Part shown: positions 1-10,231 of the stretch, one piece after another | How positions within the stretch are numbered: position 1 is the stretch's first letter | Layout: each line of letters opens with the position of its first letter | IMG/VR virus record: IMGVR_UViG_3300047388_000107 | Coordinates: 1-64,000 of that record | Origin: a virus | Strand: one strand, 5' to 3' | DNA length: 64,000 bases | Translations under genes and position numbers: made by a program | The notes under the pieces: generated by a model | What the model saw: the letters and a program-made list of their open reading frames with translations, nothing else | Told to the model about the DNA's origin: nothing | Database searches by the model: none

Positions 1-121
1 GCATCCGGCCAAGCGGGATTACGTCAACCACCATCCGTATTGCCTGCACCTCTGGCGGCCGCTCGAAGGCGTCATCCCGTTGCCGCCGTCGGAGTTTGTC
101 GGGCCGAAGGAAACGGCATGA
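1..121 (+). CDS. 3' end of conserved phage hypothetical protein (full copy at 52018-52389), partial
   Basis: HPAKRDYVNHHPYCLHLWRP...KETA* reading; stop overlaps next ATG. Confidence 0.8.
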   Translation, partial: HPAKRDYVNHHPYCLHLWRPLEGVIPLPPSEFVGPKETA

Positions 122-127
122 GCCTGC
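1..127 (+). repeat. Exact 127-bp direct repeat, copy 1
   Basis: GCATCCGGCC...ATGAGCCTGC identical to 52269-52395; diverges at base 128 (C vs A). Confidence 0.97.
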
Positions 128-351
128 CGCCACACAGGAAAATGAAACATCCGCTCGTTAGGCGCACATCGCCGAAAGGCCAGCCATTTCTTGGGACGTG
201 CGCCACCTGCGGCAAGACCGACATTCCGTTTGAGGCCGTATCGGTGGAAGAATGCAAAAACCCCACCATGACATATGAGCAGGCCATTCTTACCGCGCTC
301 TCTGCGACAGAATTTGAAAATTCTGGCCGAGATCAGGACGCCAACGAATGA
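118..351 (+). CDS. Hypothetical protein with CxxC motif
   Basis: ATGA-coupled start after AAGGA; MSLPPHRK...CATCG. Confidence 0.7.
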   Translation: MSLPPHRKMKHPLVRRTSPKGQPFLGTCATCGKTDIPFEAVSVEECKNPTMTYEQAILTALSATEFENSGRDQDANE

Positions 352-593
352 ATGATCCGCAACAACGCATGCTGACGGACTTCGGCAACCTGTTCATCGA
401 ACGGCTGCACCGGCTGATGGACGACTGTGCCGATACCTGCCATCGCGGCGGCATCGACTATCCCAACACGGTCGCGGTGTTGATGACCATGCTGCTGCAC
501 GAAGCCGCCAGCGGCGCTCACGTCAACAAGCTGACAAGCACGCAATTCAGAACAGTATGCGAGGAAGCCTACCGGTTGCAGTCGGAACGCTGA
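348..593 (+). CDS. Small helical early protein, paralogue family member 1
   Basis: ATGA coupling; D..DTC...F...C..AY pattern shared with 50902-51180 and 51482-51769. Confidence 0.8.
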   Translation: MNDPQQRMLTDFGNLFIERLHRLMDDCADTCHRGGIDYPNTVAVLMTMLLHEAASGAHVNKLTSTQFRTVCEEAYRLQSER

Positions 594-612
594 ACATGGT
601 ACCGTAACGCTC

Positions 613-813
613 ATGAAACTCCATCCTGACACCCCGGTGATGGTCGAATGGTGGGTACACACGCGCATTCCGAGCGTCCATTATGCCGTGGTCTGTCCGT
701 ATGCGCAGGCGCTGGCGTGGCACAACCGGGGCCTTCCGATCAGCTGCTTCACCATCGATGCCGATCTGTTCGAGGAGCTGTTTCATGAGCGCAACTCCAA
801 GACCGCAGGATGA
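613..813 (+). CDS. Hypothetical protein
   Basis: 66-aa ORF in operon. Confidence 0.55.
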   Translation: MKLHPDTPVMVEWWVHTRIPSVHYAVVCPYAQALAWHNRGLPISCFTIDADLFEELFHERNSKTAG

Positions 814-955
814 CGAAGCCATCGCCGCGATGTGCCGGTGGCTGCAAGCGCACAAGATGGTCGCGCTGGGCACCCGCAGCGGCAAGCTGATCCTGCTGCC
901 AGCGGAACAGGTTTACGGCCCCGAATGGACACTCAAGCAGCAAAATGATATCTAG
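785..955 (+). CDS. Hypothetical protein
   Basis: GAGGAG upstream of ATG 785. Confidence 0.55.
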   Translation: MSATPRPQDDEAIAAMCRWLQAHKMVALGTRSGKLILLPAEQVYGPEWTLKQQNDI

Positions 956-988
956 CTACCCGGTTTTACCGGGTACCAAGGAAATATC

Positions 989-3900
989 ATGGACCTCGAT
1001 CCGGTCGGTGCCGATCTCAGCGGCGAGAACCAGCTTACGCTGGATCCCTCCAGCGGTCTCGATCCTTCCCGTCAGGTCAAATATATCGGCACGGCGGCCA
1101 CCGCCGTCACCCCCAACGTTTCAGCTCCGCTCTATACCGACGTTTCGACCGGAGCAACCATTATGCCGCGCGCGCCGCAGGCGCTGGCAGGCGTGCCGGT
1201 GGTCGGTGAGACCACCCAAACCGGTCCGGTGCAGCTGCAGCCGCCCAATCCGCTGAATTTGTCGCTGCAGGCGCGCTCTCTGGTGATGAGCGCGGATCCC
1301 AATGCGGCCAGCACGCAGCCGACCATCCAAATGACGCAACGACCAACGCAAGTCGCGCAGCAGGGACCGATCACGCTGGGCGGACCACAAGGCCCGGTGC
1401 CGGTCAATCCTCAAGTTCAACTTCGTCCGCAGCCACAACCGGTACCGCAGCGGCCAGCGGCAGCGACCCAATCTGCCGATCCCAACTTGCTGAAAGCTAA
1501 AGAAGATTTGCAGAAAGGCATCGACTGGGCGGAAAAGGAAGGCAACAATTCCTTCAACGAGCTTTGGTTCGGCGCCGATGCAACTCGCAAGTTGCGGGAC
1601 GAAGCAGCCGACAAGCGTCTCAAGATTAAGCAGATCGATGACGCCATCCAGCAGCAGCAGGACATTCAGGCCAAAGGAAGGAATGCGGGTTACAGTTTAA
1701 GTCCTAGCGCGACCGACAACACCGTCACCAACGCTCTGGTGAAGGACATGCTGAGCGGCAGGGCGGACGTGGCCGAAAGAGCTTCGCAAATTCTGACCGC
1801 CTTCGGTCATGGCGACATGGCCAAGGGTCTCGAAAGTCAGATGGTGGCTGGCATCGAAGGCAGGTTCAAGACCAATCAGGACATCCTGACCCAACTGAAT
1901 AACGTCAAGACCAACAGCGAGTATGTTGCGCTTAAAGACAAACTGCAAAAACAGGCGGATGCCAACGATCTGACGCTTCCCAGTGTCAATGACAACTGGC
2001 GGCCCAAGATCGAGCAGATGGTGGAAGCCGGTCGTCAAGCCATGGTAAAAGTCCAGCGCTATCGTACCGTAGTGGCGCAGCAAAACGACTACACGCCGCA
2101 CACTGACGAGAAAAAAGCAGCACAGCTGGTCAGCAATCAGAAAATGGCGAACGGCACTGAAGTGATGCCGGGTCTTACGGGAGTGCAAAATCTTGGCAAC
2201 GGCGTCGAGGGCACCGCCGATGTTTACGGTTCGAACAATTTGCGATTGTACGGCGCGCCCAAGAACAAGGAAGGTTCGTACAACGTCTATGGACCGGAGC
2301 AGCGCAAGGTAACCGATGCGATACTGAAAGAAGCGATGCCGCCAGACCAGCGCGGCAAGCTTGCCGGACTTTACCGCATGTACGAAGGTGCCACCCATGA
2401 CAGCAAGGGCAAGCCGCTGCCACCTCACGAAATCAACACCAATTCAAACATGCTGCAGCTTATTTCCGAAGTTCTGACGGCGGAATTTCGCGAAAGTCCG
2501 AATGCCGGTGCCAATGCATCGATGATGGCTCTTGAATTTAAAAATCGCGGCTGGGCGCAGAACAAAGTTGACGATCTGGTAAAATTTTACGCCGGTATCA
2601 AGGGTACACTTACTGGCCAAGAGTATAAATACCTGTCCAAGCTGACTGAAACGCAGAAGCGCGACGTTCTGGATTTCGTAAAGCGGTACGCTGACAGGGA
2701 AGTAGGCACCAAATTCAAGGGGTTTGCGCATCAGGTCGGCACTTATGGCGGTCATCTGGAAGATACCGGACTGGAAGACGAACTGGTAAACAATCCTGCG
2801 CTCAAACGCGCCCGCGATCTGGGCCGCGACGAAGAAGTACTCTACAAATCGCAGCAACCGGCCGTGGTCCGCGAGCATGACCGGGTGTATCCGACCGGAC
2901 GCGGCAGCAACGTGATGCAAGTGCCGGGGATCAGCGTCAATCCGGTCCCGGCTACCGCGCTTCCGGCGCTGTATCCGGAATTGCAAACGCTCGAGCCAAC
3001 AGAGCCAGCAAAGCCAGCACAGCCTGCAGCAACTGTTGCCGTCCCTCCTGCTGCTACGCCAATCCCACCCGCAGCAACGGGGGCTACCAGAACTGTTCCT
3101 GTCCCCTATAACCCGCGTGCGGGGCAGTATGGCGGCACCAGAGAAGCGCCTGCTGCGCCACAGCCCGCAGCACCCAGCTCTGATGATTTCTGGAAAAGCC
3201 GCAAGGGTAGCAGTCTGGAAGACACTTCCATCGGCACCAAGGTGGGAAGCGCCTTGCAAGGTGCGCTGGGTATCTCTTCGGCGCAGGCAGCGGAAGCGCC
3301 GCCACCACCTTCTCCGCATTACGAGCAAGCCAACAAGGATTTGAAACTAACTCCGCAAGAACAAAATCTCTACGAATATCATCTGCACAATCTTAACGGT
3401 CCGGGTGGTGTCGATAATCCAAACGGTTCTCGCTCGACGTTGTATCAGAGCAGCATTACGCATGGCGACAAGACTTATAACATTCCAACTGTCTATGATG
3501 GCCAGATACTCTCGGTAGATCAGGCTGCATCACGCGCAGCTAAAATAGGCTGGGACAAATTTCCGTCTTACAAAACTCCAGAAGAAGCGGAAGCGCGTTA
3601 TCAAAAAATGCACGCCTATATGGAGAGGGATACTGGAGATTATTTTGCCAGACGAGCACAACAGCCACAGCAATCGCAGCAGCCGCAACAGCCAACTAAG
3701 CAAACTCCCGGTGGTCCCGGTACGGGTGCCAAGCCTCCTCCTGCGGTCGCCGCTCCGCAAGGTACGAAGGCAGGTGGTACGTTCGAGAATGGCGTGCCCA
3801 GTAACGGCTTTCCAGTCCGGATCAGCAGCAATCCGGTGGCGCGAACCGTCTATGGCGTAGCCGGTCAGACCGCACAGAATGTTACCAAGGGCCAGCCAAA

Positions 3901-6100
3901 TTCAGCGGCGATTACCAACAATTCAGCCATTGTCGCCACCAGTTCGGCAGCTTCCGAGAGCGGTTTCAGACAGAATGAAATCCACGATGGCGGTCGCGGT
4001 TACGGTCTGTTCGGACATAACGGAGACCGGCTGGCAGCGATGCATGCGTGGAATGGCAGTAAACCGGGAGAACCTATTCCGCCAAATGTCCAAGTTGCGT
4101 TCTACACCCGAGAAATGTCGCGACTGGCGGATGCCGATCCGTTCGTTGCGCGAACGCTTGCCAATCCGAATGCCAGCGCAGAAGACTTGACGCGGGTTCA
4201 GGTTCGGCTGGAACAGCCGCAAGGTTACAAGGGACCGAGCACCGAAGAGCGGGCATCCGGCTGGGCGAACCGGCTGGCTTCTACCAGAGAACTGATGGGC
4301 GGTGCTGGTGTACAAGGTACCACGCAAACGGCTGGAGCTACCGTTCCTGCTGCTGCTGCGCAACTTGCTACGATACCCTACCCCAATCCGAAGTCGCCGC
4401 AGGAAGCCTTGGCAAACTACAAGGCCGGTGTGCGCCTGTCACCGGAGGAAGCTGCGCAGTCAGCACAGCTACGTCAGCAGAGGCTGGATCAGGCGACGGC
4501 ATCAGCGGCACATAAAGCCCCTGAGTTACTGGGCGCAGCTGGTGGCTTGATTGGGTCAGCGGGTGGTCCTGTTGGTACTGTTGGCGGCGGCGCGATTGGC
4601 GGCGCGCTTGGCGGACAGATTGAAAACTATTTCACGGGTGCACCAGAAAAACAAAATATTCCCGGTTACACCGAAGCAGGCGTCTGGGGTGGACTGAAAG
4701 GCGCAGTCACTAACATGGGAGGTCCCGGTGTTGGCGGCAGCGTGCTTCGCATTGCAGGCAGCACAGCGGTCCCGGCTGCCAAGGCATGGTACGAAACTGG
4801 CGATGTCGGAGAGACCTACGACGCGGCTTTGAGAGGTATGGCGGAAGGTACATTTGGCGAAGCCTTTGGCCGTGGTCTCGGTCTGGCGCATCAAGGATGG
4901 AATTATCTTCACACGGCCGGAAAAGCCGAGTTGATTGCTGCTGGCAAGGTGTTGTCGGAGCAGGAAGCGAGGATTATGGGACCGAGCGGCAAGATGGTTG
5001 ACAATCCGGTCTATCAGCAGGCTGCGGAAACCGCCAAGAAGCTGCATCAGGATCCAGATGTGCTGGCTTACAATTACAAGGAAACGCTAGCAGCCCAAGC
5101 CGCAGGAAAAATACCGAAGACGACGGGCGAAGTGCTGACGCAGCGTCCGGGCGCGGTTGCAGAAGCCAAGATTAGCCGCGAGCAGTACAATCCGGGTAAG
5201 GAGCAGATTGCCGAAGCTGGCACTGCGGCAACGGTAGGCAAGAATGTTCCACCGGGCACGCAGTTTGCGCCAAAGATCGCTCACGATCCGGTCGCGGCTG
5301 TTGGCAAGAACCCAAGTGAGATACCGGACATCCCGAGATATCAGCAAGCCGCAAAAATTGCGCGAGACGAGATGGACCAGAAAGCTGGCAGCTGGAAAGA
5401 AATCTGGCAGAACCAGATCAATGCGCGTTCCAACTTGCTGGACAAGGCGCGTAGAGCAGAAGAGGCGCATCCGTATGCTGACCAGAAACAGGACATGAAA
5501 GCTTACCGCGCCATGGCCGATGAAGTTCGCAAACAACAAGAGCACATCGCTAAGACGTTGTTGCCACCGGATCGAGCGCAACAAGTAATGAAGGGTCTTA
5601 ATGAAGCGGATGAAGCGTGGCGTCAGGCAAAAGTGGCTGGCGGCACGGATATCGTCAAAACAATTGCTGGCGGTGGCGACAAGGGACGCGAAGCGCTGGC
5701 TGCATTCAACAAGTTAACCGGCAACGATCCTGCTGCAAAGGGAATGCTGGATGCACTGGTTAAGCTTCATAACAAGACAGCGTTCAGCACAACTGGCGGA
5801 CGTATCACAACGACGGGAGTAGTCACGGGCGCAGCTGCGTTGGCTCATTTCATACCGGGAGTGGGCACGATGGCTGGTCTGGGTATCACTGCTCTTAAAG
5901 GACTTCATATGCTACAGCAGCACATGCTGGAGAGAGCATCAGGCAAAACCGCCAATTTCGATGAACTGATCAGACGCCAGTTGTCGAATAAAGCTAAAGC
6001 GAGATATCAGCGCGCAGGAGTTTCGGCGGTTGGGCCTGTAGTTGGCGAGGGTGTGAAACAGTATATGCAGAGCGGGCAGAATGAGGAAGCTTCGCCATAA
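989..6100 (+). CDS. Large internal virion/DNA-ejection protein with phage-tail-lysozyme-like domain
   Basis: 1703 aa, AAGGA RBS; ESGF...DGGRGYGLFGHNGDR motif at ~3950-4290; Gly/Ala hydrophobic segments typical of ejection proteins. Confidence 0.75.
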   Translation: MDLDPVGADLSGENQLTLDPSSGLDPSRQVKYIGTAATAVTPNVSAPLYTDVSTGATIMPRAPQALAGVPVVGETTQTGPVQLQPPNPLNLSLQARSLVMSADPNAASTQPTIQMTQRPTQVAQQGPITLGGPQGPVPVNPQVQLRPQPQPVPQRPAAATQSADPNLLKAKEDLQKGIDWAEKEGNNSFNELWFGADATRKLRDEAADKRLKIKQIDDAIQQQQDIQAKGRNAGYSLSPSATDNTVTNALVKDMLSGRADVAERASQILTAFGHGDMAKGLESQMVAGIEGRFKTNQDILTQLNNVKTNSEYVALKDKLQKQADANDLTLPSVNDNWRPKIEQMVEAGRQAMVKVQRYRTVVAQQNDYTPHTDEKKAAQLVSNQKMANGTEVMPGLTGVQNLGNGVEGTADVYGSNNLRLYGAPKNKEGSYNVYGPEQRKVTDAILKEAMPPDQRGKLAGLYRMYEGATHDSKGKPLPPHEINTNSNMLQLISEVLTAEFRESPNAGANASMMALEFKNRGWAQNKVDDLVKFYAGIKGTLTGQEYKYLSKLTETQKRDVLDFVKRYADREVGTKFKGFAHQVGTYGGHLEDTGLEDELVNNPALKRARDLGRDEEVLYKSQQPAVVREHDRVYPTGRGSNVMQVPGISVNPVPATALPALYPELQTLEPTEPAKPAQPAATVAVPPAATPIPPAATGATRTVPVPYNPRAGQYGGTREAPAAPQPAAPSSDDFWKSRKGSSLEDTSIGTKVGSALQGALGISSAQAAEAPPPPSPHYEQANKDLKLTPQEQNLYEYHLHNLNGPGGVDNPNGSRSTLYQSSITHGDKTYNIPTVYDGQILSVDQAASRAAKIGWDKFPSYKTPEEAEARYQKMHAYMERDTGDYFARRAQQPQQSQQPQQPTKQTPGGPGTGAKPPPAVAAPQGTKAGGTFENGVPSNGFPVRISSNPVARTVYGVAGQTAQNVTKGQPNSAAITNNSAIVATSSAASESGFRQNEIHDGGRGYGLFGHNGDRLAAMHAWNGSKPGEPIPPNVQVAFYTREMSRLADADPFVARTLANPNASAEDLTRVQVRLEQPQGYKGPSTEERASGWANRLASTRELMGGAGVQGTTQTAGATVPAAAAQLATIPYPNPKSPQEALANYKAGVRLSPEEAAQSAQLRQQRLDQATASAAHKAPELLGAAGGLIGSAGGPVGTVGGGAIGGALGGQIENYFTGAPEKQNIPGYTEAGVWGGLKGAVTNMGGPGVGGSVLRIAGSTAVPAAKAWYETGDVGETYDAALRGMAEGTFGEAFGRGLGLAHQGWNYLHTAGKAELIAAGKVLSEQEARIMGPSGKMVDNPVYQQAAETAKKLHQDPDVLAYNYKETLAAQAAGKIPKTTGEVLTQRPGAVAEAKISREQYNPGKEQIAEAGTAATVGKNVPPGTQFAPKIAHDPVAAVGKNPSEIPDIPRYQQAAKIARDEMDQKAGSWKEIWQNQINARSNLLDKARRAEEAHPYADQKQDMKAYRAMADEVRKQQEHIAKTLLPPDRAQQVMKGLNEADEAWRQAKVAGGTDIVKTIAGGGDKGREALAAFNKLTGNDPAAKGMLDALVKLHNKTAFSTTGGRITTTGVVTGAAALAHFIPGVGTMAGLGITALKGLHMLQQHMLERASGKTANFDELIRRQLSNKAKARYQRAGVSAVGPVVGEGVKQYMQSGQNEEASP

Positions 6101-6165
6101 CATACACGGCGCATACGCAAATGACGGCCATGGACAGCATCTCTACAAAAAGAACGCGATAGGGC

Positions 6166-6483
6166 ATGATCTATAATCCTTTTCAGCAACCGGAAAAGTT
6201 TCCAAGTGACAAATTTCTAGACGCGATTGCTGCTGGTCACACCGACAAGGCAGCAGCGGGACTGGCAGGTTGGACCATTCTGGAAGCTGAAACATTTACC
6301 AAGGCTAACGAGCGCGAGTACGAAGTAGCCGACAATAAACGGCAACATACCTACGAAGAATACCTGATGGCGACCGGACGCGGTGTCGACGTGGCGCGCG
6401 TCGCGCTGCGACAGGAAACCCGGTCGTGGGTGCAGAAGGCGGAACCGCTGCCAGTCAAGATCATTGAAGATTACATCGACTGA
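6166..6483 (+). CDS. Putative terminase small subunit-like HTH protein
   Basis: KFLDAIAAGHTDKAAAGLAG resembles TerS N-terminal HTH pattern. Confidence 0.45.
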   Translation: MIYNPFQQPEKFPSDKFLDAIAAGHTDKAAAGLAGWTILEAETFTKANEREYEVADNKRQHTYEEYLMATGRGVDVARVALRQETRSWVQKAEPLPVKIIEDYID

Positions 6484-6493
6484 GGAGGATACC

Positions 6494-6928
6494 ATGACAG
6501 ATACCGCTACTACTACTCCTGCTACTCCCACTACGCCTCCTGTTGACAAGGCTGTGCTCAAGGAAAAAATGCAGGTAAAAGTCAACGAAATGTTCAGTGA
6601 CGAAAAAACCGATCCGGTTATTGTCGAGCGCGTGAACCAGATCGTCAATGACGCTATCGCCGGGATGCCCGAAAAGTTGATACAGCTTTCTACGGAAAAA
6701 CCTGAAGAAGCGATGATGAAAAAGTTGAAAAAAGATGTCGAGCGGATGACTGCCAGCATCCAGCCACCGGAATTGGCGGATAAGATCAAGGGCATTCCTT
6801 CGGCCATCGAAGCTGCGATTGCCGAAGGTGATAAGCCTGTAATTCCTGCAGCTCCCGGTCCTGCTAATACTGTTCCGACAGCACCACCAGCTCCGGAGCA
6901 TCAGTTGCAGCCGTATTCTGCAGCCTAG
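6494..6928 (+). CDS. Hypothetical protein
   Basis: GAGGAGG RBS before ATG 6494. Confidence 0.8.
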   Translation: MTDTATTTPATPTTPPVDKAVLKEKMQVKVNEMFSDEKTDPVIVERVNQIVNDAIAGMPEKLIQLSTEKPEEAMMKKLKKDVERMTASIQPPELADKIKGIPSAIEAAIAEGDKPVIPAAPGPANTVPTAPPAPEHQLQPYSAA

Positions 6929-7530
6929 GCTTCTTCCATTTCCAAATTGCAATCACGGCAATTCAATTTTGCCGTGATTTTCGCCCATGCGTTCTGGCCG
7001 CATTCCGGGCAGACGAACTTGAATTTCGAAGTCTTGCCTTTTTCTTTCTTGCTGGCTGTGATGATGTCGCCAAACAATTTCATATCGTAGTTTTCCTGAA
7101 ATTTTTCGTAAGCGACATCGAAGCGACCGCCTCTGACGATCTTGTGGCTGACATAGCGCCCGGTTTCGTTGCCTTCGCCGTCATCGGGCTGCAATCCGAT
7201 TTGCTTCATCATCGCTGCCCATTGCTTGTTGTGGTAGGCATTTTTCGGCGGTTTGCCGTGTTCCTGCTGCAACTGGTGCACCATTTCATGGACCAGCGTG
7301 CCGAAGGTGTCCTTGGGTTTGCGCTCGCGGATATGCGACGGGTTCAGCGCGATTTCGTGTACGGTGGTCTTGCTGCCATTGGCGGCGAACCGGTCTGCAC
7401 AGAAATAGCCGTAAGCGCTGCGATGACGATGCAGCAGGATCAGGCTGTCGGACAGTTTGCTATCAAACAACTCTTTGTTAAAAAATGTAAAAGCGTCGTG
7501 CAATACGACATAGGTCTCCATCGGTTTCAT
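6925..7530 (-). CDS. SprT-like zinc metalloprotease
   Basis: TLVHEMVH zincin motif, YHNKQW, C-terminal CPECG...CRDC zinc ribbon. Confidence 0.88.
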   Translation of the reverse strand: MKPMETYVVLHDAFTFFNKELFDSKLSDSLILLHRHRSAYGYFCADRFAANGSKTTVHEIALNPSHIRERKPKDTFGTLVHEMVHQLQQEHGKPPKNAYHNKQWAAMMKQIGLQPDDGEGNETGRYVSHKIVRGGRFDVAYEKFQENYDMKLFGDIITASKKEKGKTSKFKFVCPECGQNAWAKITAKLNCRDCNLEMEEA

Positions 7531-7590
7531 TCGAATGCTCCTGATTTCGGTATCGTTATCGTATACAATTTCACGGTACCGTCAAGAGCT

Positions 7591-7613
7591 TAAAATAGTA
7601 CTTTTGTATACAC
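7591..7613 (+). promoter_or_regulatory. Conserved motif TAAAATAGTACTT-TTGTATACAC upstream of structural module
   Basis: Second copy on the minus strand at 25680-25706 upstream of portal. Confidence 0.6.
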
Positions 7614-7663
7614 AATGACGTGATAACGTCCCTTGCATCGTCCATCCAAGCGAGGGAACTGAA

Positions 7664-8398
7664 ATGGTCAACATCGTCAACGCAACGGCCCTTGGCGGTG
7701 GTTTCCGCCATTATTCTGGTCTGGTGCCCATGGTTCTGGGAGCGGGCGATCCGCACCATGCGTCGGTCCGGATTTATCACGTTCCAGCTGCCAATCCTGC
7801 TGCGATCTTCCGTGGCGATATTGTCGTGATGGCTAGTTCGGCAATCGGCATTCAAGGCGGCGCAGATATGCCGTACAATATCAGCGCTCCCAGCGCTTCT
7901 GTGCTGATCGGCGGCGGTGGCGGCACCGGACTTGGCAACCAGTCCATGACGCCAAACGTCACACGATGGGTGCCGGGAGATGTTGCCGCCACCAGCATCA
8001 TTGCGGGTGTCGTTGTCGGCTTTGGTCCCATCACGCTCTATCAGGCAAAAAATGGTTTTCAGTACGTCCCGGCTTCAACCGAAGCGTGGGTGGCTGTCGA
8101 GACTGATCCGAGTGTTGAAATGTACGCGACCGTGCCGACGGTGCCGGGCACTGCGTTCAACCTCAATCTCAACAGCGGTGCGGACGTCAAGGCTAATGCC
8201 GGTCAACAGTCGGCGCGCTTTGGCATTTCTGGCCTTTCGCTCGATCCGGCCTTCGCCAATACGGCCACGTTGCCATTGCGTATTCTCTCAAGCGGTGATG
8301 AGATCGGCAATGATCCGACAGCGCCCGGTTTCATTGCTAAGGTTACTTTCAATCCTGCACGGCATTTCCGTGGTACGGGTGGGTTTGTTGCCACCTGA
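7664..8398 (+). CDS. Putative minor capsid/decoration protein
   Basis: AIFRGDIV...GVVVGF...YVPAST...V.TDP pattern of genes usually found just upstream of Mu-like major capsid genes. Confidence 0.6.
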   Translation: MVNIVNATALGGGFRHYSGLVPMVLGAGDPHHASVRIYHVPAANPAAIFRGDIVVMASSAIGIQGGADMPYNISAPSASVLIGGGGGTGLGNQSMTPNVTRWVPGDVAATSIIAGVVVGFGPITLYQAKNGFQYVPASTEAWVAVETDPSVEMYATVPTVPGTAFNLNLNSGADVKANAGQQSARFGISGLSLDPAFANTATLPLRILSSGDEIGNDPTAPGFIAKVTFNPARHFRGTGGFVAT

Positions 8399-8408
8399 GA
8401 GGTGACTT

Positions 8409-8798
8409 ATGGCTGGCATCGATCTTCTGAACCAATTTCCAAAATCGAAGATGGCCGGGGCTGCTAAACTGGGGCAATCGTATTTTCGTTCGAGTGAAAC
8501 AGTCAGCGTCACAGGACCGGCTTTGAAGTCCGGCAGTGCGACGATGGCCAGTGTGAACGGCACCACGTCAACGGCGACCCTGCTGGCGTTGTGCGGTCTC
8601 ACCACGTCGTTTTCATACATCATGTTCACCATTGTCACGTCGGCAGCCGGAGTCGCCATCGCGCAAAGCGGCAACCCGGCTGTAGTCTATCCGCAGGGTT
8701 CGACTGTGACGTTCAGCAATGTCTCGACAACGACAAATCAGCTCTCGGTCATGACGGCTTCTGCCGACGTGGTGACGGTGAATTACGAGGGAACCTAA
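8409..8798 (+). CDS. Virion structural protein; shares N-terminus with next gene
   Basis: GAGGTG RBS; Ser/Thr-rich beta protein. Confidence 0.75.
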   Translation: MAGIDLLNQFPKSKMAGAAKLGQSYFRSSETVSVTGPALKSGSATMASVNGTTSTATLLALCGLTTSFSYIMFTIVTSAAGVAIAQSGNPAVVYPQGSTVTFSNVSTTTNQLSVMTASADVVTVNYEGT

Positions 8799-10229
8799 GT
8801 GGCTGGCATTGGCGACAGCATGCTGTTTCCAAGATCGAAGATGGCTGCGGCTGCCCAGCTGGGACAGTCGCGGTTTCGTTCGAACGAAGTAATCAGCGTG
8901 CAACAAAGTGGTGGAGCACCGCCACCAATTACGCCAACGACTTTAAATCCTGCCGACAAAGATACGCATATCACGCTGTCAAACGGTAATCTGACAGCTG
9001 TCGGAACGGCGGGATGGACTGGTCTTGTTCGCAGCGTTTCTCCGCAATCGGCGGGCAAGTTTTACTGGGAAACCACGTTCAATGCCACGCAATCCCAGAG
9101 TGGCGTTGGATTAGCGATTGGCTCGCTTGCAGTAGCGACGCAGACATTCAGCAATGCGGGGACTGGCAAAAGTGGGCTTATACAATTAGGCAATGTTTTT
9201 GTTGATGGTAGCGCTACTCTCACTGTTGGTGGCGTACCCGCATCAAATGTTTCATTTGGGACCGTCCCTAGTGGCGCTGTGATCTGTGTTGCGGTAGATT
9301 TGACTGCGCAATTGATTTGGTGGCGGCTTGGAGCGGGCGGTAACTGGAATAACAGTGCGGGCCGCGATCCGGTGGCAGGTACTGGCGGTGTCAGCATTCC
9401 GAATGTGGGAACGGCATATCCGACCGATTGTTTCGGTGGCGCGGATACGCTGATTTCTAATTTCGGCGCTAGCGCCTTTGTTGGCGCAGTGCCTTCTGGA
9501 TTTACAGCAGGATGGCCTGCTGGTGCTGCACCGATATTTCCTTCGGGCGTTACTGGCGTAATTGGCTGGTGGGACGCCAGTATAGCGGCGAGCCTGACAT
9601 TATCCGGTTCGGATATCCTCGCCATTGCTGATCAAAGTGGCGGCGGCAACAATTTGAGTTGGATCGGTTTAGCTAAACCACAGTACAACGCGACAGGTTT
9701 CAATTCCAAACCGGCGTTTGTATTTGGTGGTACGGCTGTTGCCAACGCATTCACAAATGCAGCATTCCCGATGGGCACCGGCAATGCGCTTACGATCTGG
9801 TACGCCGGAAATTTCAACAGCGCCTCTGGCGGTGCCAATTGCGGCATCATTTCCTATACCGGTCAGGGTCAGGTTAGCGATGCCAACAACGCGGCTTCGT
9901 TTGTACTCTATGCTAATTCTGCTGCGGCGATAGCAATCGTAAGAAACAGCGTTACCTTGTTCGTAAATTGCACCGGTAACGCAAATCATCGAGTGATTTT
10001 AACAATTGATCCAACTGGCGTGATGACGCCCTATGTCGATGGTGTTTCTCAGGCTCCGAGTACATCGGCGGGCAGTTGGAGCACGCCCGGCACCGTTAAC
10101 ATCGGCCGCAGCAAAGGGCTTAGTTACTGGGCAGGACCGATGGGCGAGGCCGGTATCGCCACTGGCTATAGCAACGCCGCCACGGTGGCGCAGCTCGATG
10201 CGTACCTCAAGAGCAAGTGGGGATTGTGA
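8799..10229 (+). CDS. SPRY + LamG/ConA-like domain virion protein
   Basis: TLNPADK...LSNGNLTA...GKFYWE (SPRY-like); GWWDAS...DQSGGGN...YLKSKWG (LamG-like). Confidence 0.75.
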   Translation: MAGIGDSMLFPRSKMAAAAQLGQSRFRSNEVISVQQSGGAPPPITPTTLNPADKDTHITLSNGNLTAVGTAGWTGLVRSVSPQSAGKFYWETTFNATQSQSGVGLAIGSLAVATQTFSNAGTGKSGLIQLGNVFVDGSATLTVGGVPASNVSFGTVPSGAVICVAVDLTAQLIWWRLGAGGNWNNSAGRDPVAGTGGVSIPNVGTAYPTDCFGGADTLISNFGASAFVGAVPSGFTAGWPAGAAPIFPSGVTGVIGWWDASIAASLTLSGSDILAIADQSGGGNNLSWIGLAKPQYNATGFNSKPAFVFGGTAVANAFTNAAFPMGTGNALTIWYAGNFNSASGGANCGIISYTGQGQVSDANNAASFVLYANSAAAIAIVRNSVTLFVNCTGNANHRVILTIDPTGVMTPYVDGVSQAPSTSAGSWSTPGTVNIGRSKGLSYWAGPMGEAGIATGYSNAATVAQLDAYLKSKWGL

Positions 10230-10231
10230 GC

